Positions 12,618 to 22,744 of a stretch of 64,000 nt of DNA are shown here, piece by piece. The stretch lies in NCBI GenBank assembly GCA_002269645.1, contig NIVC01001731.1, positions 1 through 64,000 on the forward strand. Reading direction: 5' to 3'. The position numbers and the translations under genes are program-made. How positions within the stretch are numbered: the stretch's first letter is position 1; each line of letters starts with the position of its first letter. This DNA is from Macrostomum lignano. Taxonomy: Eukaryota. The notes beneath the pieces are model-generated. The model saw only the letters and a list, made by a program, of their open reading frames with translations. It was not told the DNA's origin and searched no databases.

Positions 12618-15450
12618 ATGATTTGCCAGCTATTTTTGTTGCTAATTGGCGTAAGCGTCGTTAATAGCAACGGCTACATGACGCTGAGGTTTCTGTCCTA
12701 CATCAACCATGACAGCCGGTGTCAGGACGGGACATACTGCGATCCCTTCGGCCTGACGTACGTCGGAGACAAGTGCGACCCGCAACTCAGACTGATTGCC
12801 GACCGATCTGTGCCTGGAGGGTGAGTTTACTGAGCAGTTTTAAAGTAGCAGCTCATTTCAACCATATTATTTAAACAAACAAACAAAAAAATCACCCACT
12901 GATTTCGTACAGAAACGGCCTGTTCGACTATCAGCAGCTGGGTGTCTACTGGGACACGGAGACCATCAATTTCGGAAGCCGATTCGGAGAAATCAGCAAT
13001 CCTGTGATCATCGCGATGAACTTTCAAAACCACGTAAGATATGCTCACAAGTTTTGTTAAAAAGTCGGCAAAAGTGACATTATTCTAGATAAATATTGAG
13101 TTAGCAGATGGGCAGATGTGCAACCGATAGCTCAGCCGCAGCTCAAGGCTGCGTACGGCTGTTCATTCCAAGGAATGGGGGTCGCTGGCACCCATTTTAC
13201 AGTTGGGTGAACTGAAGCAATACAGAGTTAAGTGTCTTGCTCAAGGACACAAATTGTTCCAGTGGGATCGAGAATCGAACCCCCGACCTTTAAGTCGACA
13301 GTCCGACGCTCTAACCTCTAGGCTACAACCCCTCTCTGCTAGGCTACAACCCCTCTCTGCTAGGCTACAACCCCAATAAAAAACAAAAACAAAACAGAAA
13401 CTAAAGCTACGAGCGTAAAACTAAAACTAAAACAGAAGCTAAAAAGAGCTGATTCCCAGCCCCATTCGGGTCTCATCACAATCCTTGGTCACGTCGAGGC
13501 AGACGCGTATTTAATAAAGCAAATCCCCCAATCAACACCAAATATTATCCAGGGGCACATTTACGTCACAGTATTGGCGGTAGACAAGGATCCCACTCCC
13601 CCGGACGATCCAATGGATACATTCTCTGCGGCGCTGGTGGCTCGAGCCGACAAAGTCAAGAGAAGAGTCGAAATGCTCAGTCAGCCAACAAACCACAAAC
13701 TGTCCATTGAGTACTGGTACAGCTGCCATGCAAACTACTACGGGCTTGACTGCAACACGTTCTGCCAACCACAGAATGACAACGTCAGGGGCCACTACAG
13801 CTGCAGCTCGGAGGGAGCTAAGATGTGCTTCACAGGTACCAAGCGATCATTTTATATAATTTCCAATAGTTTTTTATATTAATGTGAACTAAAAAGACAA
13901 TTAGTCATCGAAAAATAAAATAAATGAACTGCAGGTTGGACGGGAGTCGACTGTACTCAGCCGGACCCCTGCAACCCGAGTCCGTGTCTCAACGGAGCCA
14001 CCTGCTCCAATGTCGGAGGAGTTGCCAGCTGCACCTGTCCGTCGGGCTTCACTGGTAGCCGATGCGAGACCGATATCGACGAGTGCAAGGCCGTCGACTC
14101 GCCTTGCCTGAACAACGCTACGTGTGAGAACACGATTGGCAGTTTCCGCTGCAAGTGCTCACTCGGCTTCACTGGCGAACGCTGTGAGACCGACGTGAAC
14201 GAGTGCGAGAGCGAGACGTCAGTGTGTCTCAACCATGGCACCTGTAAAAATACGTTCGGCGGCTTCAACTGCAGCTGTCCGCCGGGTCTGACTGGGCACC
14301 GGTGCGAGCTCGATGTGGACGAGTGTGCAAACGGGACATCAGCTTGTGCGAACGGTGGTACCTGCGTGAATGTTTTTGGTAATTACACTTGCCAGTGCGA
14401 CTCCGGATTCACTGGACCACTTTGCGAAGAAGACATCGACGAGTGCACAGAGTCGCCATGCGTGAACGGAGGAACTTGCGAGAATCGATTCGGAAGCTTC
14501 GAGTGCATCTGTCCTTCTGGATTTGCTGGAAGAGTGTGCGACAAAGACGAGGACGAGTGCTTGAGGAGTCCTTGCTCGAATGGCGGTAGCTGTGTGAACA
14601 CCATCGGTAACTTTAGTTGTTTGTGTTCGGCAGGATTTACTGGCAGTTTGTGCGATGAAGATATCGACGAGTGCCTGATGGCACCTTGCTTCAATGAGAG
14701 CACCTGCGTAAACTCTATCGGAAACTTCACCTGTCAGTGCCCCCCGGGATTCGAAGGCAGACTCTGCGATAAAGACGTCGACGAGTGCTCGAAGTTTCCG
14801 CCAAAGTGCCGCAACGGCGGAAACTGCACGAACACGCTTGGGAGCTTCCGTTGTACCTGCCCGACTGGACTGATCGGAGGTCACTGCGAGCAGGACATCG
14901 ACGAGTGCAAGCTGGCCGCCCCGCCGTGTCGAAACAACGGAAGCTGTCAGAACAGTTTTGGCGGATTTTCCTGCCGTTGCGGACCAGCGTTTAGAGGCAG
15001 ACACTGTGAGATTCGCGCTGAGGCCTCGGTTGGGTCAACGACTGGGGAATCCTCGAAACTTCTCGTTTATATTCTAATTGGAGTTGGAGTACTCCTAATT
15101 GGCGCTGCTTCTGTTGCTGTTGGCATTGCTTTCTACAGAATTAGAAGAAGGTAAAAACAAATTCAATAACGTCAGAAAATAAATTTTATCACAAACAGTG
15201 CTGATGGGATTGCATTTACTAAATTACCCGCAGCGGCAGAAGCAATATCTCTGGAGCTGAGAACAATAAGACTGTATCTGACTGCGCTGCTGTCGAACAG
15301 GGGTAAGGAAAATATTTCTGCAACTTTCTGGTTTCGGGAATCCGAATGTTGACTGAGATAAATTTTTTTGAATTATTATTCTATTTTACTTTCAGGCTGA
15401 GTAACCCTGCCTACATGAGCACTTCAGAGATCGGCTTGCAAGAAAACTAA
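12618..15450 (+). CDS. Delta-like protein 3 of cluster: signal peptide, C2/MNNL-like, DSL, 9 EGF, TM, tail with NPxY
   Basis: Exons 12618-12820, 12913-13033, 13553-13835, 13935-15150, 15234-15302, 15396-15450, phase-consistent. DSL: [44 protein letters not shown]. Tail ends GLSNPAYMSTSEIGLQEN*. Confidence 0.88.
13110..13332 (-). mobile_element. tRNA-derived SINE in intron 2 of Delta-like 3
   Basis: Minus strand shows an A box (TAGCCTAGAGG), a B box (GGTTCGATTC) and a CCTTGAGCAAGACACTTAAC body; homologous to 20409-20682. Confidence 0.8.
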
Positions 15451-15989
15451 CAAAATTCTTGCCAATTGCGTGACTAGGTGCAAACTGCCTGTTACCTTGC
15501 ATGTTGCTAATGCTGAAGAAAACGTTGATATGAAGACATAGCCATGTAGCATGTAGCATGTAAATTTCTGCATCCAGAGGCCATTCCTAAAGGGCGGATG
15601 CGTTCATTTTTCTATATACGTAACTTTTGGAACTACAGAACTTCGGAACTACATGGCCACATTAAAACTTACGCAACTTTTTAATTATGTACACCTGTAA
15701 ATTTAATATTTTAGTTTTAACATTGGTTTTGTTCGTTATCATCCAACTTTTGTTTTAATTGCATTGTTTTAAACATTTCTCAAAGTTTTCAATCCTATTA
15801 TGTCTGTAAAGTTTCAACACGAACGAGCGAAATGAAGTATAAGGTCGCTGTTATCTTGCCCTCTTGGTTCACTAATCCTTGCAACTACGAGTAGAATTCC
15901 AACTGCACCAGGGGCTTTTGCACCAGATGGCGAGGGGCCTCATAGTTGTTGCCAGCCAGTTAGAGGAGCCGTGGTTCCCTTTGCCTGAT

Positions 15990-16130
15990 TGACTGATTGA
16001 CTGTATGACTGACTGACTGACTGACTGACTGACTGACTGACTGACTGACTGACTGACTGACTGACTGACTGACTGACTGACTGACTGACTGACTGACTGA
16101 CTGACTGACTGACTGACTGACTGATTGACT
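15990..16130. repeat. (GACT)n microsatellite
   Basis: About 30 near-perfect units. Confidence 0.95.
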
Positions 16131-17643
16131 TGTTGATTAAAGATCGAAGCTCAATACCATTTTAGTCTTTTACTCGTATTAAACAGAAAAATAACGAAAT
16201 CATTTTGAAATAGAGCACTTGGAACCAAACTGAGAAGAAATGATCAGATGGGATAGCTAAGTTATGAATTAATGACTTTTTTAATTTTAGCTCGTAATGT
16301 TTTTGGTGATTATTTCTGTTGAAATTAAATTAAAATCCAAAGTCCTTAAAGAGCATTTGATTTCGGAGGAAAGAATACAGAAAGAAAAAAATCAGAAAAA
16401 ACGAAGTGGAGAGTAAGGTACAAAAGGCAGCTCACTAAGCCACGTGCCATTAAACTGAAGTTCTATTTTGAAACTGTCAGGCTCTAAAATAGATCTCTAT
16501 TTAAACAATGGACTCCCAACATTTGGAAATTCCACGAGCTACTTCATAAAAAATCGTACCTGCATCTGTGCATGGTTACGTACATACCGTATGTACATAA
16601 TTTGTACATAGTATACGAGCGTAATTGCGTACATTACAGAATTTGATAAAAATAGGATAACTGTGAATGATCCAGTAAAGTAACTCGTACTAAAAAATGA
16701 GTTCGTCTGTTTATTTAAGTACTAAAACTCATATTTACACGCGGCAATGAGAGCTTACGCAGGAATACAGAATTTCTCGCTTCGTCAAATACTTGTCAAG
16801 CATGATATTAAAATTGCTTCTTTGTTATTGCATACTGGCACTGACGCCGTATCTAAAGGTAAGAATGTTATTTAGAACCCATGACAGATTTCTACGTTGG
16901 TGGCCCTTGGCGAATTGCATATAATTCTGACGCATAGGCAAAACTAGACACATTAATGTTCTGATTGACATGTATGCATTACCTTTTACGGCTCATTCGG
17001 GACCGGTCCGCCTTTCATCTGACCATAACGACAGACCAAACGCCGCTTAATTCCAGTTTTTTATATTTTCAGCAATCAGAATAACACACACAAAATTTCG
17101 TCGCGCTTTACTGATAGCTGATGCGAGACCGAAGTGGACGAGAAGAGAGTCAAAAGGAGAGAGGAGAAAGAGAGGAGAGAGGAGAGCGAAGAGACTAGAG
17201 ATTAGATGGGATAAGTGACAGCGAGGGCAACTTCTGAATAAAAATAGCGAGTAAATCGTAATAACCGATTTTACTCGATTTCACCACATTATACAAAACA
17301 GCTATTATTTGAATAAACAACTTTCATTAGTTTCTTAATGTTAGCCGATGCGAATATTTATTCGTTACGCTTTGCATATTATTTAAATATCCAAGTATCT
17401 ATTCAGAAGAGAGTTATTGTTTATCCCAAGTTGCATTCGTAAAAATAGAATATGATGCTTAAAAAGCAAACCTTCTCTTTAATCTTTTTAGTTGGCTGTA
17501 CGTATCCAAGTACTATGGACTCACTGCAGTCCTCGGCAGACTTTCTGTTTACTAATTTGATATACATATTTTTGAAATTCTACAAAAGCTTTTGTGCCCC
17601 CGAGTTGCAATAACAATGAACACTTGACAGGGTTCATTTACAG

Positions 17644-17811
17644 CAGGGTTTGGCAAACTTTGCCTCGCGGGCCCCATGCGACCCGCTAAGCCTCTCTATC
17701 CGGCCCTCGGGTCCTTTGAAAGGTTTGTGTTTCTTCTCATCTCTCTTCTCTGTAATCTTGTCTCTCCTCTTTGGCCCGCAGCCATTATGGTAAGAAGTTT
17801 GCCCACCCCAG
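17644..17811. mobile_element. Probable hAT-type MITE
   Basis: Imperfect TIRs CAGGGTTTGGCAAACTT / AAGTTTGCCCACCCCAG with subterminal GCGGGCC / GGCCCGC; flanks ATTTACAG and ATTATACAG resemble a decayed 8-bp TSD. Confidence 0.5.
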
Positions 17812-18027
17812 ATTATACAGCCTGAGGACAATAAATGTTTTATATTTAGAAATGTTGCGCAATATTGTGCAATGTGTCTGACTTAGTTCCTTATTAATGT
17901 TTCATATTTATAGGTATTGCCGTGGATAATCCGTGGAATTTCCTTTCAAAGCAGCGCCAAATACTTATAAAATTTGAATACATAAAAAGGCAGTTTAGGC
18001 GGCTGCTCAATTCGAAAAAACCTCACC

Positions 18028-19767
18028 ATGACTTCTAAATTGTCTTTCGGCATTTGCAGTTGCCTGTTGGGATTGACTCATTTCCTATCGGTAAGGTTCT
18101 TGAGAACTTTGACGCTGTGTCTAGCTCACTTGAATTCTATAATTTCTCACTACATTCAACAGGCAGTTCAGGGAGCTGGCTACCTGCAGATCAGGTTCAA
18201 CCGGTACACCAATCATGACGGCCGTGTCGAGGACGGCAGTCTCTGCGACCCGTTCGGTGCCACCTATGTTGGCGATAATTGCGACCCCGTGTTCCGGCTG
18301 AGGGTCAACAAGGGGGGAGGAGGAGGGTGAGTGAGGGTTTTAATCTGCAGTCCATATTTCCTATTGCTGAGATCAGTTCTGCATGATTACCACGGCCTCA
18401 TCTCTCTGCAGCGGTAATCTGCACGACTATCAGCAACCGGGCGTCTATGACAACCAAAACACCATCGACTTTGGATCAAAGTTCGGCAGCGTCCCAAATC
18501 CTGTGCCGATCGCGATGAACTTCCCTAATCCGGTAAGACTGTACTCATGAGGGAGAGGAGACTGTACTCACGAACCGCTCTCGGAGCCCTTGAGTGATTC
18601 TTCATTGTGCATCACAATATTCTAATAAACTGTTTGCTACCAAATTTCGCAAACCGCTTTAGGGACACGCGTACGTCAAAGTCGATGTAGTGGACAAAGA
18701 CACGTTTCCACCAGACGACCCGATGAGCAAATTCACCGCCTCGCTGCCTCTCATTGCCGACAATGTCAGGAGAGACATGGAGCTGATCAGTCCGGCTCGA
18801 CATCACCGACTATCCATAACTCACTGGTTCACCTGCTACACGAATTTCTACGGACAGGATTGCAACACCTATTGTGTAGCTCAGAACGACGATGTGAATG
18901 GTCATTATACCTGCGACTCGAATGGCAGAAGAGTGTGCATGATTGGTAAGACCGTCTGGTGATGGCTTGTTCAATTACAGCAAGCAGTAATTCAGAACGG
19001 AGTTCTTTACATCTGTGTTGCAGGATTTACTGGCACTCTGTGCAATGAAGATATCGACGAGTGCCTGATGTCGTCACCTTGCTCCAATGAGAGCACTTGT
19101 GTGAACACTATCGGAAACTTCAAATGCATGTGTCCTCCGGGGTTCGAAGGTAGACTCTGCGATGAAGATATCAACGAGTGCTCGGAGTCTCCGCCAAAGT
19201 GTCGCAACGGCGGAAACTGCACGAACACGGTTGGGAGCTTCCGTTGTACCTGTCCGACTGGACTGACCGGACGTCACTGTGAGGAGGACATCGACGAGTG
19301 CAAGCTGGCCGCCCCGCCGTGTCGAAACAACGGAAGCTGTCAGAACAGCTTTGGCGGATTTTCCTGCCGTTGCGGACCAGCGTTCAGAGGCAGACGCTGT
19401 GAGATTCGCGCTGAGGCCTCGGTTGGGTCTCCAACTGGGGCGCCCTGGAAACTGGCAGTAATCATCGTCTCAGCAGTCCTGGGGACAGCGATTATCGCTG
19501 TCATAATTGCGCTTGTTGTCTATCAAAGAAGGAATAGGTAAGTAGGAGTAAATACGGTGCTTACTATAGGTTAAATTCATTGATTAGCTTGTAAATGGCT
19601 GAAAAACACATATTTTCAGTAGCAGAGGCACTGCTAGCAACGAGGATAAAGAAAGCAGGTAAGAAGGCGTCGTTTGTTTGTTGCATTACAGAGTCTAAGT
19701 TTGACGAATGCCTCTTCTTTAAATGAATTTTTATTCCAGATTTGATAACGAAGCATACGAATCATAA
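18028..19767 (+). CDS. Delta-like protein 4 of cluster: signal peptide, C2/MNNL-like, DSL, only 3 EGF, TM, tail ending FDNEAYES
   Basis: Exons 18028-18090, 18163-18326, 18412-18532, 18663-18945, 19024-19537, 19620-19658, 19740-19767, phase-consistent. The head is near-identical to gene 1; the EGFs correspond to EGF7-9 of gene 1. Confidence 0.85.
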
Positions 19768-20408
19768 CTGCTCTGAGATGAACACTTAACAGGACTGTAA
19801 TTTGTGGATTAAGCGTTTGTGCAATGCCTTGCGTGCTTGCCATTCATAATTCAAATTCAATCTGCGTAGGTAATGAAGTCAATGACTAGGAAATGTCCCT
19901 TGTCAATGTCCTCCGGAGTTCGAAGATATTTATTCATAAAATATATACCAGTAAATTTCATTTATTTCGGAGGATGCAGTGAAACGATTGGGTCGCTTGT
20001 AATTATCATGAAGCAAATTGTATAAACGTATTGCTAATGTACTAGCAGCACTGCGTTCTTGTCTCATCGGGATGTTTTATCATCTAGCTCGTAAGTGCTT
20101 TCTTTTTTTTAAAAATATTTTTTTTTTGAAAAAATCATCGCAATCAGATTTCTAACAGCGGTGCTTTAATTCATTCGCTGAAGCATCAAAATTTTGAAAA
20201 TTTAAAAGATTTTTTGTGCAAAATTTTACTTGAGTCAGTAATAAAAGTTGTATATAATATACATCTTTTTAATTCATTTTAATATCTCATCCTACGCGAA
20301 TCTCGAACTCTATTTAACTACCGTATTATACGAATCCATTTCAATGTTGCACTTGTTGTACCGACTTCATTACATTCATATTACTCTTAAATATAATGTG
20401 GAGGTTGT

Positions 20409-20682
20409 GGGTTGTAGCCTAGTGGGTAAGAGTGTCGGATTCACGACTGAAAGGTCGGGGGTTCGATTCTCGACCCACACGGAACAATTTGTGTTCTTGA
20501 GCAAGACACCTAACTCTGTATTTCTTCAGTTCACACAGCCCTGGGTGGGTGCCAGCATTAGCTGGGGTAATTGAGGGTAGCTCGCATGTGGCGACCCACC
20601 AGTCTTTGGACTGAACAGCCGTAAGCAGCCTTCAGATACGCCGCGCAATAGCTGCGGCTGAGCTGTCGGTTACACATCTGCC
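20409..20682 (+). mobile_element. tRNA-derived SINE, same family as 13110-13332
   Basis: A box TAGCCTAGTGG, B box GGTTCGATTC, TTGAGCAAGACACCTAAC body, shared 3' end GCTGCGGCTGAGCTGTCGGTTACACATCTGCC. Confidence 0.8.
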
Positions 20683-22744
20683 TATTCGGGCAGGTGTTAT
20701 CAATTACTAATTATTGTAATGCGGAACTGGTGAAAATCTGGTTCTGGCGCGCGCGCGAGCGAGTGTGCATTTGGGTTCGTATTCATAGTTTTTTGTGTAA
20801 TGCCGGTATACTCTATATTCTAGTTATAGATTAATTTTTTGTATCCATGAAATGTGAGCATCCTACGTAAATTACTGTTTGTTGTTGTCGAATTACAAAT
20901 TGTTGATTTGTTCTATTTTAGTCATGTTTTCAAAGTGCTTTTTGTTAGAGTTTATTATTGCAAAATAGGTCAAAACAGCTAGACGTTTCCAAAACCAGTT
21001 TGGCTCAGCGGAGGGTCGACAACTTAGCAATGTACTCGTACCCCGGCTTTGCGCGGCCAGCCAATCAGGATCGGCCTGGACCCCTGGCACGCGGCAAGCG
21101 AGATCTACCCGGCCTGAGAGCGCGCCGCGGGTTCAATGTGAATGGGATTATTGACCGGCCTGCCAGACACCCACTACCTGGCTTAAGGGGGGTTTGGAGT
21201 GACTATTCGAATATACATGTATATGAAATTATTCACGTAATGTAGCTCGCTTGATAAAAAGTAAATAAATGAAGCATTCAAATTTAGTAAACCCTGACGA
21301 TTTCCATTGTGGACGAAATGCATCGGCATTAAAACATGTTGGTTATCTCCTTCATTTATATGAAACAATGTTTTTGGCAGTCTGATCTCGTTCTGGTTTT
21401 TCTTTCCGGCCTCTGTTTCATCTCTGTTTCATCATTCGCGACGACCTCGTTTAGAGTTTGTCGTCGGCAAGCGCGGTTTAGTCAGGAGCTGTCGGTTTGA
21501 CACAGTACGCGACCTCGACCCCGAGGGCCCCAGTGTTTCACTGAAAGGCATACCTGGTAGGATTTGGCCAGGGATTCGCTGAACCGTCAGGCCGTCAGTG
21601 TCCTCTTCTGAGAGTAGGATCTCGAGATTAGGCCAGGTTGTAGGGAGCTTCTCCGCTAGTCTTGTGTTCTGGTTTCACTTTTCACTTCTTCCAGCGCTAA
21701 GATCCGCTTGTCAATTTGCGTTAATTATTTCATTATTATTTATCAAGTGCTAATCTGCGAATTGTATTATTTAAATCTGTGTAAACTTCAAGTTAATCGT
21801 GAGTACGCGAGTTCAAACCTATATTATCATCATCAGCCGTTCTATCAGAATAGGATTATCACTCAATCTAAATATACTCGTTTCTGAAATTGTGTTCAAC
21901 TGTGTTGTTCCTTTACTTGTACGGTACCTGCGACTATTGGAGAAAGCTTGGTAGGACTCGCCGACCGGCGATAGGCAAAAAGGACTTAATAGTTTTAAAA
22001 TCTCCGATACCGCTCCAGTAGGTTTGTCTAGGGCCTGAACTATTTGTCGTATTTCTTACAAGTCCGAGATTAAGGAAACTGCAGATCTGTAACGATTAAA
22101 TTGTATCAAAAAGGTTTCTAATAAATAAATTACAAGCTCAAGGTACTAATGTACTAGAATAAAGGTGGTCTTACATTTTAGGTGGAATTATCATTTTATT
22201 TTTTTTTGCAGAATACATTATCATTGTGCGATTTTTAGCCATACAGAAAAATGAAGTAATTTCTATTATTAGAATATTATAAGTAGTGCAGAAAATATTT
22301 TAGATGGATGTGTGCCAATTGATTGCAAAATACGTTTTCACATGATACAAAGTGGGTTGCATTTACATACAGGGATGCTTATTAATACTGGAATAAGTTG
22401 AGAATATGCTGCGAGTCTCGAGTTCAGACATAAGTCACAATTGGCCGTATGTCAAAAACCTGAGATCAGGTGTAGCCTGCTTTGCGGGTCTGCGGCAGCT
22501 GGCGGCATCAATACCTCATCGGTTTGAATGTAGAGTCGCTGTCAATTTAAAAGGTGAAGCCTCTGAGTCGACAAATTACCTTCTCTCATTAAATCAAAGA
22601 AATCAATACTTACTCATTATTTGTATGATTGTCTACCATCTCTGGCTCGACTGTACTGCCTCGACGGGACCTGCTAATCACGGTGTTAAGAAAGTTAGGT
22701 TTATCTGTTTACGGCCTCAAAGAATGTTAACAGAATGTTCAGTG

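Noticed and set aside
5560-17945. GGAATTTCC (NF-kB-like) motif conserved upstream of genes 1 (about 5567) and 4 (about 17936)
   Set aside because: It lies in a block of general paralogue homology, probably 5' UTR, so conservation is not independent evidence; NF-kB presence in the host is unknown.
20715-22134. Possible solo LTR (TGTAAT...ATTACA)
   Set aside because: No matching TSD, PBS, PPT or second LTR found.
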